Source of the DNA: Kipferlia bialata
Lineage: Eukaryota
Direction: 5' to 3'
Assembly: GCA_003568945.1 (NCBI GenBank)
Contig: BDIP01000003.1
Location: 1 to 54,815 of the forward strand
Length of the DNA: 54,815 nt
Of the stretch, positions 26,101-40,205 are shown one piece after another. The notes below the pieces were generated by a model, which saw only the letters and a program-made list of their open reading frames with translations, was not told where the DNA came from and made no database searches. The translations under genes and the position numbers were made by a program. Within the stretch, counting starts at the first letter, position 1. Every line of letters begins with the position of its first letter.

Positions 26101-29100
26101 GGTGAGACCCCTGTATACTTCGACCCCGGCCACTTTGTGGGAGGGGAACCCGAGATCTCAGACCAAATTGTACAGGTTGTCATCGCAGAGTGCAGCACTA
26201 CCGTTGTCAACGTAGCTCTGGAGCCCTTTTCCTGTGGGGATGACCCGAGGGTGTTGCAGGGAGTAGTCTCTGATGATGTTAATGGCGTTGGGGTTGCGGG
26301 GGTTGAGGTCGTTGCTTTTGGGTCGGTCTTAGCAGTCACCGATCAGGTATGGTCTTATATGAATCCACACAAATTGTAGTAGTTTGCGTCTCTGAAGGTC
26401 AAGAGACACTCTGACCCCAGGACGGGTTCTACCAGGTTCCAGGCCTTCCATTTGGATTGGGCTTCGAAGTCCTGTTCTCAACACCGAGTCTCTATGGCGA
26501 TGTGACCATTGATGTCTTTATGAACCTGTGCGGTACCACTGTATACAACGTGTCGCTGGTGAGAGAGTGTGAAGAGCCAGTGCTACAGGGTGTGGTGACG
26601 GATGAAGTAACTGCGCAGGGTATACCTAGTGTGACAGTATGGGTACAAGGAGTGGCAGCAACCTCCACAGATCAGGTATCCATGTACCGTATACATACAA
26701 CATACAGTTCGTAGATTACTGGACACTGGTTATATATATTACCGCTGTGTCGCTTCCACACCAGGACGGTACCTACGAACTATCAGGCCTGTCGTATGGG
26801 ACCCCCTATACAGTGAGGTTCAGTCCCTCAAGCGAGCATGAACCAGCATCTGCCTTCTCTGTTTATGTCGACGAGTGTGGTGTCACCCGCCTAGACATGA
26901 CCCTGACCCCTATATGCGATGATCCAGTACTGGAGGGACGCGTGACATTTGAGGGTGTAGGTTTGGGTGATACTAGTGTCGACGTTCCTGGAGAGAGTGG
27001 CACCACGACTGACCAGGTATGCAACTGATTGGTGTCCTATTACCCTAGACAACACCATATATCGACAACGGCGTACCCTTGCACTCACCCCAGAATGGCT
27101 ACTACAGCATGCCCCTTCTGCAGTCACACCCTGGTCTCACGCCTGTCACATTCACACCCTTGGACCCAGTCGGTGGTGAGCCAGTCGTTGTGGGGGAGAC
27201 AGTCCAAGTCAGTATCGCAAAGTGCGGAGCTACTGTCGTAAACATGGAGCTGGAGCCATTCTCTTGTGGCAACGACCCTAGACTGCTGCAGGGTGTTGTG
27301 ACTGATGCACTCACAGGAGCACCCATTAGTGGGGTGGCTGTTCTGTTTGGGACAAGTGTACTGGCGACAACGGATCAGGTGAGAGGAACTTGACACCTTG
27401 TATTTGCGATAAGCATATTAATAGATAGCTATTGATATCTTCACAAGATGTCCCTAACTCCTAACCCTCAGAGTGGGTTCTACCAGGTTACAGGCCTCCC
27501 GTATGGGTTCCCAGTTACCCTTCGGTTCTCGCCGCCCAGTCTCTACATCTCACAGGACATTGGTGTATCTCTTGGTCTATGTGGTGTGACTCAGCTCAAT
27601 GTGTCCATGGACACGGAATGTGTTGATCCAGTGTTGCAGGGTCGAGTAACCTTTGAGGGTGTTGGATGGCCGGATGTGAGCGTGATTGTCAACGCAGAGT
27701 TCATCGTCTATACCGATCAGGTGAGTGACACTGATAAGTAGAAGTGTAGGTTTGCGTCGTCTCACAACAGAACGGCTACTACAGCCTTCCTCTCTCCCAG
27801 TCACATCCGGGTCTGACACCGGTTTACTTCACCCCCCCAAACCCATTTGGTGGTGATCCTATATTGGCTGAACAGACCGTACATGTCTCCATCGCAGAAT
27901 GTGGCACAACCGAGCTAGACGTGCAACTTGAACGGGAAGCATGCGAACCCCGAGTGCTACAAGGAGTAGTATCTGACGCTCTTACTGGCCAGCCTATCTT
28001 TGGTGTCTCGGTGCTTCTTAACGGACAGCATCGTGCCACCACTAATCAGGTGACTACGGTAATAGGTCTTGTGGTTACTAAATGTTCTTCCTCTTACACC
28101 GTCTACTCTCATTTTAGAACGGATTCTACCAGATTTCTGACCCGAATCCTTTAGTGCCAAACAGTCTCGAGTTCAACCCGCCCAGTCCATATATGTCCAC
28201 AACCCTGGATGTTCCTGTCGAGTCCTGTGGTATCACACAGGTTGACGTGGTCCTATCCGCTGACTGTCCGGCTCCTGTGTTGCAGGGAGTGGTAACTGAC
28301 GCACTCACAGGCGATGGTGTCCCAAGTGTCACGGTGTGGGTACAAGGGGTTGCTGTTACAACCACAGATCAGGTGGGTTGTTATCGTCTTTGTCGGCAAT
28401 CTGAGACTGTGATTGAGTTGTTGGACAATATACATACCACTCATGGATCTCTCCCGAGTCTGGTTTTACTTTAGGACGGAAGCTACCGACTCAACGGCCT
28501 TGTCTCCGGAATACCGTACACCGTCATGTTTAACCCCCCTAGTGCCTATGAGAACGCAGAGTCCCCAGCTATCTACATGAACGAGTGTGGCGTTACACGT
28601 CTAGACATGGTTCTGACTCGTGACTGTGATGATCGTGTGCTAGAAGGACGTGTGACTTTCCAGGAAGTAGGGTGGCCTGATGTACTTGTTGAAGTAACGA
28701 ACGAGGCTCCTGTGTACACAGATTCGGTGAGTATGCAAGAAACATACCATATGTAAGTACACTGACAGTAATCCCACCCATGGGTGTCCACAGTGGGTAA
28801 CTCGAAAGTATTACTGATCCTCACCCCAGAACGGCTACTACAGCATGCCTATTCTGCACGTAGTCGACTTCACATCAATCACATACACACCGATGAACCC
28901 CCTAGGAGGTGAACCTGTGGTCATGGTGACGACCCTCTTCTTCGTGCTCTTGAACGACTGTGGTGTGACTGTCATTGATGTCGAGTTAGAGCCCTTCTCC
29001 TGTGGTGACGATCCACAAGTGCTCCAGGGAGTTGTCTCTGATGCCCTCACTGGCCAAGGGGTGGCAGGAGTGTCAGTGCTGCTCAATGGATTCCAGGCAA

Positions 29101-30006
29101 CCACTACAAACCAGGTATATAGATTCCAAGTCTTCTTGGGACAACTACCAGCAATGTATATGAATGAGACGAACACCCTTACGTCAGATTGGTCACTACC
29201 AGATTACTACTGGCATTCCAAGCACCGTACCGATCACCATCGGATTCCAGCCGCCTAGCCCTTACGTTGCTACCGAGATTACTGATGTGTTTGTCGACAT
29301 TTGTGGCATTACACAGCTAGACGTATCCCTGGCCAGGACTACTGTTGGAGACTGCACCTGTGAGGGGTACCAGTTCGAACTCTATGACGAGACAACAGAG
29401 AGTGCAGAGTGTCAGTACATAGCAGAGGTGCTGTGTGTCTATGGTCCACAGTTGGATGGCAGGTATCATTACACTAAGAAATATAGGATCATGAATATCC
29501 ATCTCATGGAATGCTCTGCTGTGAAATTATCTACTGAGCGCAGGTATCAGGTAGATCTTCAGATCTCAAACCTCTCAAACACCGATCCAGACTGCTGGCT
29601 TCAGCACCTTACTGTTGTTGGTGAGCATGATGTATTCAGCATAGACGGCACGAACCCTGCTTGCACGGACCTCAACCCCATTGACGGCACCAACCCTGAC
29701 TCTCTATTGCTACAGAGGATCAACACACCAGAGCACCAGTTCGGGTTCAAGCTACAGTCAGTGCTGGAGACTAGCCCAGGCTGCATCAGTTCGTTTAGCA
29801 ACACTCCGGAGACAGACACGGTCTCATTCTACTCGACGTCACGTGATGAAACCATTGTCGTGATAATGAAGTCAGGTGGGCTATAATGAGAATTTAATAT
29901 ATTGAATTAACCCGAATACTGTAAAGACTCATGGACACATTTCCTCACTCCAGACACGTACGAGTTCACGTCTTTCTTCACCTTGGGGTGCGAGACGCTC
30001 GAGTAA
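23200..30006 (+). CDS. Secreted Giardia cyst-wall-protein (CWP)-like LRR protein extended by 6 Cys-rich repeats and 12 CarboxypepD_reg-like beta-sandwich repeats
   Basis: Signal peptide MLLVLVALLVGVFA. CWP-like core: ALRDLY..GG.KW..NNWLS..YCDWTGVEC, LGCFPFLQ, DSAGLIGTIP, MADNQLTGAIPSCV, QCNPDLEC, YSCGT. CxxC...WC repeats at 24360-25230. LqGvVtD.tg.gi.gV.V...tTdq/.GyY repeats at 25240-29340. Last exon DTYEFTSFFTLGCETLE*. Confidence 0.85.
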
Positions 30007-30344
30007 GACAAGTAGAGTTGCAAAGGGTACAATGTCTTGGAAGGCAGGAGAGACTATAGTGATACTGTTGTATGCACTATCGATGGACTGAATAGAGTTA
30101 TCGAGAGAGGGCACGGCCTCCAGGCCCGTACTCATTTCAAATGAGTCATTTGGGTTAATAATTCAACTTCCAGAATTAACTGACATTTGCAGTATATATA
30201 CACACTGTTAACACCGCAGACGTGCCCCGAATGTCACATTTTTTTAACTACATATTTAGAGAGTGACTCTCTAAGAGATTCAATTTAGTATTGTTGAAGC
30301 ATCGAAGAAATTGAATTTGAAACTGAAAGTCCTGTGACTACAGT

Positions 30345-33300
30345 GTGTTCTACTACTACCCCATTCCACATCATCATTGTGCAAGGTTCAAAAGTCGTTC
30401 TGCGACAATCACCAATGCCAGGTATTCTCCCTATCTTCCCTGGCCTGTTCTACCTCCACCCAATTCCGCCACCGTTCTAGATTCTCTTCAGCTCTCTCTA
30501 CGCAGGTGTTGGCAAAGTAGACAATGTCCTGGGAGTGGATTGGAACGCATTTCTGACGTCAGGTGTAGCATTGGAGTCATAGTCAGGCGTACAGTCACCA
30601 ACATGCAATACAGTAGTACCTGAGTAAATACCGTCAGGTCATTACACTCCTCGGAGAGAGTATGAATCTCCCGCTCGATATTTGTCAGAAAGTCTGTCCT
30701 CGTCGTGTGGACAAAAGGATCCTGACCCAGATCGAGTAGATATTCATACAGTCTGAGCTCATTTTCGTACTTCGCTCTTGCCAAACCTAATCGGAAGCAG
30801 GTGTCCCACTCTGCGGTCAAGATTGTATGTATGAAGGGTAGTATCTTCCATAGATTAATGTGTCACACTCGGTATTGTCACCTGCAAAGAGCCATGCCCT
30901 TTTCACTATGTGCAGAATGGACGCCATGAGCAGCCTGAGAGTGACACCAGTGGGGGTAGAGGGACCTGGGTTAGAGATCCAGACAAAGAGAGAACTGGAG
31001 TTGTCTACATTCGCAGAATATCTGTAGTGACGCAGCACCTGGATCAGCTAAGGTCACTAGCGCTGAGCCAGTCCAGTCTGCTTGGGTACTGGGAACCACA
31101 CGCCTTTCCGTGTTGAAGCCTTGCTCAGACCCACACATTGTCCCAAGCATGATGTCCCGAACAAGTGACCTGAAACACGGGTAGTACTGCTTGACAGGTA
31201 ATGCCTTACAGTAAGCAATTGTAGCAGGAACCATTATGAATACCGAACATGCCTAATGATATTTGTCATTGTCATAACATACGAAACCCACCTGATCCAA
31301 TAACATGAATAGTGAACAAGCGTGCTCGGTAGCTGGGCTGATACTATGAAGCAGCGCAAGTGGGTGGTTGATTCCCCACATGGTTACTGGCGTGAGTGTA
31401 TATACCTAAGTTTTAGTTCATACTATTAGCAAGTACCTTTACTAAGTATAAGGAAATACTATTTACAAGTGTACCTTCACTCATCCGTGGTTTCTCTGCA
31501 AAGCTGAAGAATGCAGCGACTAAGAGTGCTAACGAGGATCCGGGTGTAAACCAGCCACCCTCCACTTCTTTGATATTCTTAAGAAACCGAAACAGGAGAT
31601 GTATCATAAGGGCGGTCTGCTCGATAAACACACTGGAGTCAGCTTTGTGATTCAGCCACCTTCATGACCACTAAACTGCTAAAAGGGAGTGAGTATAGTA
31701 CCTTCCAGAACTATGCACCAAAGGCTCCGCTGCCATAAGAATACGAATAATGAACACTGCTGGGGCACCCCCAGCTAGTCCTAACTGCTGGATACAACAC
31801 ATGACCAGATGAGTTAGTGGAAAGGTATCCTCTGCCAGCACCAACAGTTCGTGACATGTCTCATCATGCAGTAAAGGTAAAACAAGAGGGTCGAGTATGT
31901 CATGGGCTTTTAAGAACTTCACATGGTCCTCCGATGTTGGCACAGTTAGGTCTTGGCATTTGTATGGGAGCATCGGTTGGATGAAGCTGGTTGTCAGGTT
32001 GTGGATGTGTTTAGTTATTGTATTTGATAAGGAATGTGCGTTTGCCACCTCAACTGCCAGAATGTCCCATAGTCTTCCTCAGATGAGCCGAGATTAAGGT
32101 GGGAAGGCACCAGCTCACTGACCGATACCTGAAGCTGTGTTAGCGGTATGTCACATATCTTGAGAACTGGGTGATGAACTACAAGATCTAGTTGTGCACA
32201 TGGTGGTGTGATTCAAACATGGGAACCTTGTGTTCTGGGAACACTGCACATGCACTATGGATACTAATGTAGTGCTGAGGACCGGAGTTGCGGTAGTAGT
32301 GCAATCGTTTCACTTGTTCATCAAGCAGGAATAGCCCATTATCCAGAGCAGTAGGCTTCGAGAGGCCGTTGCCCTTTCGTGTCGATACTTTGCGAAATGA
32401 CAAGTCCTTAGTTATGGGCCAAGTGGGAGCAAAATCTAGGACATCCCTGACTTGTAAGGGCAACTCCAAATTAGATAGATGAGAAGTAATCACTGATTAC
32501 TCCCCACCTCAACTTGTCACTGGAATAGAGGGAGCCCTGTTTGCCGTTTCTGAGTGTACGACAACTTATACCAGAGTTCATGTTAGACCTGGGTGAGAAC
32601 AAGACATCCAATACACATGTGTGCTAGACAATTACTCCTAGTGGTACCTAAACCCAAAGTGATTGATTCCCCAATGGGCTCTTGGATCGAAGAAGGCCTC
32701 TTTGATGCGGTTTTCTGCCACAACGTAATGGGGAAGAGGATACTCAACACGTATCCACTGGAATGAGAATACAACCTCAACCTTTGGGAGCAATAGAGCT
32801 ATGTGAGAGCATAAGTATCCACTTCTGTTTGGCAGATTGCCGATATACTTCATTACCTCTGGGTGGTGAAGCTGGGTCTCATACACTGAGCTCATTATCA
32901 TGCTTGAACGCAAATCCTGTCATAAAGATGTTCTCTTCATGATTGTAAAGTACGACTTCATATTGAGTACCAGTTTGTACACCTTTACATTGTGATGCAT
33001 TCGCAAGGTTTCATACACGTTGACAACGTCAATAAGGGAAGCCAGCCTAAAGTAAGAAGAATGTGATGAAATCTCTCAACCACCACACAATAGTCAACCC
33101 ATTTCTTAGCACATGCCTTGCAAATGGACTTGTTGCAGTTTCGTCGACTTGCGAGTGCAAGTGTGGTACTGAAATTAGTGAGGTTTCAACGCATCGCGTA
33201 AGTATCTCACAACTTGTCGGTGTCATTCCGTACCGTGTAGCAGGGGTGCCGTCAGAGTATCCACTCTGTGTTGAATCTCGAGTGAGAACACGTGGTAGGC

Positions 33301-33594
33301 GCAAGGGTACTGGCCAAGCCAATCAGGCAAATACACTGCTAGAAAGGCAGTCAATAGTCGGAACATGTGTCGGATCTCTGGAACCAGTTGGATGCCACCG
33401 GTGACACTGACATTGGTGGCAATAAGACTCCAGGTAAATCTTCCACCCTTTCCGGGCTCTGTACCCAAGAAATAGATAGATAGTAGATAGGGGGAAGTTT
33501 GTATATTCAGAACACCCACCATACAAACATCCCCGGGAGACTTTGAGGGTCGCGCCAGAGACCTCGAACCATCGATTTGCACCACACTGTCCAT
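30345..33594 (-). CDS. Hypothetical multi-exon gene or genes
   Basis: Chain of coding-like minus-strand ORF blocks with GT-AG boundaries. No family recognised; exact structure and gene number unresolved. Confidence 0.35.
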
Positions 33595-33846
33595 ATACGG
33601 CGCAAGTGGGGAGTAAGCTTTCTGCTGATAAGACTATATCCTACACGAAATTGACGATCGCAGAACTGAAAATGATGGAACCCTTACCTATCAGAATATG
33701 ACATAGTCATCTGTAGCCGGTGATACTTGGCGTTGGCACCGTCCAATGCTGAGTGGTATGGGAAGTATACATAGTCGGATGCAGCCGAACTAAGGGTGAG
33801 CAACACAACACGGAACAGCTAAAGGCATATGTTACGAAATGTGCCT

Positions 33847-34814
33847 TTACAGTGTAGAATACCGAACTCCGGTTGATATATGCGAGATGTATACAATTAG
33901 TAGCTCAAACACATACTTCATGAGCATTGCCAGCGGATAGCTAGCCGTGGCAGACTGTATCTGGTAAAGAACCAGCAAAGCCACTATGATAGTCGAGGCA
34001 TGGACAGCAGTCGATGCCAGTGCAGATATTAGCACAATGGGTGTAGTGGCAAGAATTATATGCATCATGTGGGCCAGCTCGTCATGGAGAGGGCAAAGCT
34101 GGTGTCAGGCTATTAGTACGTATTGATTTGTGTGATGTTCACTCACTATAGCATCCCCACCCGTTTGAGCTCTCTAAATAGCTCATCGTGTCGTCGCTTG
34201 TAGGACACATCAAAGGCTCGAGAGGCAGCGTGAGTCATTGGTATTGACACAAGGGCTGTGAGCCAGAGAGAAAGTCTCGCTGGGATGCATGTGTCAGTGA
34301 ATAGCACGGAACACACCTTGGGGGTCAATAATGAACAGTGATTGTGCGAGTGCAGATACACAACGGTGATCATAACAATTAGAGCCATTCTAACTCTACC
34401 TGTCCAATAATAGTGACCCAGTATAGCATGTAGCTCAGAGCCTTTGCTCTATCCATATAGCATGACCCTCCAATGACGGTCAGAGTGTTGCGAAAGAAGG
34501 CCAGTACCGCCATGTTAGTTATTCTGGCTCTGATGTCAGAAAGCGGTGTTGATCCTGTCGTCCACAGTGTGGAACTTATGAACTCCACACATATGTTACC
34601 TTCCGACTATACCGTGACCAGCAATGGCCAAAGTAATTGCAGAGAACACTACGTAGCGGCAGATTCCTATCCTGTTCATTAGGACATGGGTCCCTGTGCC
34701 CGCCCTGGGGCACACGTACTCAGACATCGACGCTGTGGTCGGGTGCCCAGTCATCTTACACCCTTGCGCAACTGATTTGCCAGTCGCTTCTAGAAGAGTA
34801 AGTGTTTTGACCAA
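33847..34814 (-). CDS. Hypothetical multi-pass membrane protein
   Basis: Four colinear ORF blocks with hydrophobic segments (YVVFSAITLAIAG, LSYMLYWVTIIG, LSLWLTALVSIP, IVLISALAS..IIVALLVLY). Confidence 0.4.
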
Positions 34815-35299
34815 ATGGTGTTTGTATAGTTCTTCCGGTACACTTGTACATGCAGTGTACTATAGTACCTGGAACCAGCGAGGTACAAGCTGTTACTGGT
34901 GTGGATACGGCAACCCTCGCAAGGAGTGATGTGGGAAGATATCCTCAACTACTGTAGAGAGCCTACATTTGCAATATGTGGCTAGTCGTTGGTTGCATCC
35001 ATCGTTGTAAACCCTACAGTTCGCTAACAACCCGCATGAAGGTTGCATATGGGTACACATTGCACCATGTCCACCTCTCTGTCTCTCTTTGATACATGAT
35101 CACATACGATTGCGTGACAAGCAAAGAACTCTAACGACTCTACGGCTAGCCACTGCGTACACTCTAAGTGGTCAATGCCAGGGGGGTTCTTTCCATCCAG
35201 TGTTCATCAATGGAGGTCTGAAACCATATATATATACCACTCTTATACTAGACCTAGTATTACTTTGATCGGCTGTTTAGGAATTTGTCTATCTAATCT

Positions 35300-36763
35300 G
35301 TCAGACATCAACAGAGGACAGAGCGCTTAATCTTCAGCACAGTGGCGAAACTCAAATTCAGTGGACAGAAACTGTCACTTGCTAGGTGATTGTGATTGTG
35401 ATTGTTACTGTGGTGTTGACTGTAGACTTACTCCTATCACAGTTGTTGTCATTTTCACTACACACATTACAGAGATCGAAAGTTGCAAGCCTTCGAGATA
35501 GGTAGTCAACCTACTCATCCACCAGGGACAATATGTGGTTTGCGTTACTGCCCAAAATATTCATATTGGTCATGAGGGGGTTTGTTGAGATCAATATTAC
35601 GTCCGAATCAAGGTAAGGACGAGATATGCGGACACATCTCTATACTTGGAAACATTATAACAAGACAATCAAGCGGTCCTGTTATCAAGCACCGTATTGG
35701 TATCTTCTTACCCTCAGGTTACTTGGGTGGACGTTGATAATGTTAGATGTGGTCGCAGGTATGGGGATTTGAGTGTATGTAATTGTTGCATATCTTGGCA
35801 CCAGTAATTGATTCTGTGATATGGAGCAGTATGTATTCTTAGAGACACGTCAGACACTCATCCATGCGTGGTTCGTCTATTGTGTTCACTATATATACTG
35901 ATGCAAGGTACGCTAGTCTATAAATTGGTAGGTGTCTCATATCTGAATTTCCCTGTGTAGCTGTCTTACCCACAGGCACGACCACATCCTTTATGGCAGC
36001 TCTGTACTTGGCTGCTGGTGCAATTGAGGCTAGGTACCCTTAAGATTAGCTTCCGACACCCTGAACATGAATTCATGTCCACTATTAGTAATCACTAATC
36101 CACTACCTCTCCGCTGATACACAGTCGAGCAGAGAAGGGTACTGCGTTCTTGTTCCGTCAAAGACGCATGGTTAATGTCGGCCTCATCCAGTTACTTCCC
36201 CACACCATTGAAGTCCTGACACTGGGTTACATAAGTGGGTGCTATTGCACTACCTAGGATTTAACTAATCCCCTACCAAATGTATACATATATTACTTCT
36301 GACAGCATAGCTATTGAGCTACAACAACTCTAGTCTACCCTGCTACATCTTCCTTTATCAATTGTCACTTAACGCAGGTATTCTGTTGGCAGTATTCATA
36401 GGGGACCTCATCAGAGTTTGGGACTTCTACATTGCATTGCCGTTGCTACTAGGTAACAATACAATGTGTACAGTTGGGACTGTATACGCGTCATATACTG
36501 TGGGTCTCTCAAACTGCTACATCTGCATCTCTATTCTCATCACTCACTCACAATCTAACCTCTCTCCTGATTTCAAGCTATTGAGACGCTGGCGCTGCTA
36601 CTTGGGGTGTCGACAGCCGTCTTTGGAATATTCGGTAGGACTTGTTACCCGCTATGTGGAAGACGTTCATGAAGTGGTCGAGAGTATCCATACAGTTAAT
36701 ATTCAAGTGAAAGTTAATATCACTATGTTGTATGATACAAGTTGTATCCTATTTTACCTATAG
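35300..36763 (+). CDS. Possible multi-exon hydrophobic protein
   Basis: Short exons with typical splice sites (MWFALLPKIFILVMRG, LLGWTLIMLDVVA, TTSFMAALYLAAG, GILLAVFIGDLIRVWDFYIALPLLL). Boundaries uncertain. Confidence 0.3.
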
Positions 36764-37699
36764 TATAGGCTATTAGTAATCCATACAGAAACTACAATGC
36801 TTCCAAATACTAGAGTCCCTCCACCCACTCCTAGGCAGAGGGTGGCTCGATAATATGCAATTGTAACTCACATTGTGAGAATTTCAATACCTGACCGGCA
36901 ATGACGGGGACATCGACTATGAGAAAAAGGTATCTTCTCATTTGGTTCTCTACTCTTTCTCGTTGTGTCTCTTATACTAGGCTTAACCCCCCATGTCAAC
37001 AATTTCAGGATTCCCATTCGCACGCTTCCTTCAGCTCTGCTACTGTTTTGTACGCTCCTATTCGTTTCGTCAAGAGTTAGGACTCCGACAATCGTAAAAT
37101 TCAACGTCGTAGAGCAGTTGTTGGCCATTATCACTATTCATAACCAGATGTCTCTCTCAGTATGACTATACAATTCAGTATACTGATAATATACTATATA
37201 GTCTATAGTCTATAGATGCAGTTGCTACGTGTGTGTATCATGCATATTTGCGAATTGTACGTATGAAACGAAATGCGGTTGCAATGTAAGGTTTCGAGAG
37301 TCTCTAGGCATGAGAGAACCGGGTCAAGACGGACTCTTCCTGACTCTCGAACTGCGAGTCATGGGAGTCACTATCGAAAGCGGAGAGCACATCTAAGCTA
37401 ATTACACTCATCCTTCTCGCATTGTATCGCTCTACGTGTGCGTATCCCTCCATAATACCCTGAGAAGAATCTTGCTGAGGAAACCAAGCCCATTGCCCTT
37501 CATTTCACACTGAAGTCAAATAGTGTCCGGACTATATATGTGGTAGTTGCAGCTCATAGATGCATGCGTAAGTAGAGACATGGTATACTCCACAGTACAA
37601 TATGTAGTATTCCACACTCTCTTGTCATAATGTTAGAGCTCCAGCAAATACAGAAACTAGAGAGTACATTGTACATAAGACATGGTATATTACGCACCC

Positions 37700-40172
37700 T
37701 GCACTCTCTAGGCTTGGCCCTGGCAACAGCCCATGCGCCACCGAATGTGAGACAGTTGGAGTTGAGGGAGACCTAGATGAGTAATACAAATGCCCTAACA
37801 GAGACAAGAGAGTATCAGGCTGATACTATCAGTTACCTCTCTCAATAGGGGCAGAGTCTTGATCGACGTCGCCACTGCTTTGGCACCACTATCTCCAATT
37901 CCATTTGAGCTCACGTCCAGCTGAAGTTAGGATAGAGAAGAAAGCGCTATGCTAAGGACTTCTTGGTAAGGAGTAGTTAGTCCACACCCACCATGTGAAG
38001 GCACGTCAACGGTCTACTGTAACCCACAATACTCTGGGCCAGCAGAGTCACTCCTGTATCTCCAATGGAATTGTCTTCGACAGATAGCTGGGCATCAGAT
38101 CGGTGTACCATGCATGATGAATACCTATCAGGAATAGTAAGTGAGTGGAAAGAATGCACCGAATGTATAAGTGTATACGTACATGTGTGAGCCTCACTGG
38201 CAGGCCCTGTCCTAGCAGCCTAGCCCCCACCTCTCCTATGGAGTTGTGGCCAAGGTATAGCTGGGGTGAGAAATGAATACTACCAACTACGTATGTATCG
38301 TAAGTACTCAGCTGACCACGTGTTTGAAGACAATTTCAACAGTATTCCACAAGTGAGATCACATTTATGTATCAGATAGGAGTCCTATGTGTATTCTGTT
38401 TGTACACATCATACCCTCTGCAGCCATGTTAGAGACGGCAGGGCCCATGCAATTGCATCCATACCAGCTGCATTGATATGGGCATTGGACAGTAACAACT
38501 GATGGTTAGCACAGTTAACAAACTCTACATGACTGACAAATGAATATATATATGTATATATGCAAAAGGACTGCAAATTGCACTTGATGTAGGAAGTGAT
38601 GATTCATGTACTCACCCACTCCAGTCTTGGCATGTGTGTCAGCGCCCTAGATAGGTCATCAGTGGCCAAGCCCCCAAGGTCATTGTCAGAGAGATCGAGC
38701 TGGAAGTTAGAGTAGCCACTTACTTACAAGGTATGTAGTATATAACCACATTGTTCTATACTAACGAACAAAGGCAAACCTAGTTACCTGTCAGCGGTTC
38801 CTGACTATTACATATAATCTGAGTCAAATCTCGAAGACTTACCAGTTTTAGATTGGTCAAGCTTTCTAGTGCTCTGCCCAATGCACCAGCACCGAGGGGA
38901 GTGATGTCAATGCCTGCCAGGGCTAGCTGGTTGTATTAGGATAGAGGACACTATACGTCATTATTAATATGGGCAAGGTGCCTCACAGGACGTATGATAT
39001 ACATTCTAGTCGTGGACCCATACATGTGTCTAAAAGTATATGAGACTTACATGTGTGAGGCCTGGTAATGATGGCAGAACATCAGCGAGTGCCCTGGCTC
39101 CTACATCACCGAGCATGTTATTGGAAAGACCAAGCTGGGGATGAGCATCATAGTAATATTTATGGACACCAATAATATGGTAATACTTGATTGCATAATA
39201 CACTCTTGTAGATGCTCACTGTGTTCATTATGAACACTACTGATGTGTCCACATACTATCCATATATAGTATACTTGTATGTATAGATGTTTGTTTTGCT
39301 TATATACATAGAATATATCTAGTGAAGTGGACACAATACTGAGTAGTGTATTATACACATGTATACACCAGTATATTGTATACATGCATATATATACTAA
39401 TATATATACCATGCCTATACATATTCATATCTATACATACCACTGTCAGTGCAGTCATGGATGGTAGCACCAGAGCCAGTGCCTTTGCACCCTGGGGTCC
39501 AATGCCCTTGTCAAACATATAGAGCTAGGGGTAAGCATTATAGAGTATTCACATTAAAAACATGCATATATACGTGTATCGCCTGTCAAACATGTACAGC
39601 TGGGTTAGGAATCATGTATATATATTCTGTCATATATGAGTCATATATACATATTCGAAGAGTGCTAGTATCACAAGTGTGAGCCAGTATATATATTGTA
39701 TACTATATATACTATGTACACTATATATTGTATACTATATATAGATTAGTGCTTCGAGTGTGGCCCTCACTGGCAATCGGAAGAAGACAGCAGGCAGGGT
39801 ATACACACCATATGTATATACATACAGTAACACTACACTGATTGGAGGAAGGGGAGGGGGAATGAGTTCTTTTACAATGAGTAGCCGAAATATCACAAAT
39901 TGAGTGGTACCTCCTTGTATTTGTACTTGTTACAGTTGGCCACTCTCTGACCCCAGGGGTACTGGTCCAACCCCAGTCTCTCTATCTCTCTCTCTGTCTC
40001 TCTCTCTGTCTGTGGCATTTCTTCAGAGGGTTGTGCATCAAGCAAACACATTCTGAGGGTAGAGAGGGGGGCAGAGAGGAATCAAAGGGGGGAAGACGGA
40101 GAACAGCAGGATAGAGAGGGAGAGAGAGAGAGAGAGAGAGAGAGGAAGAAGAAGAGAGAGAGAAAGAGAGAT

Positions 40173-40205
<33 letters not shown>

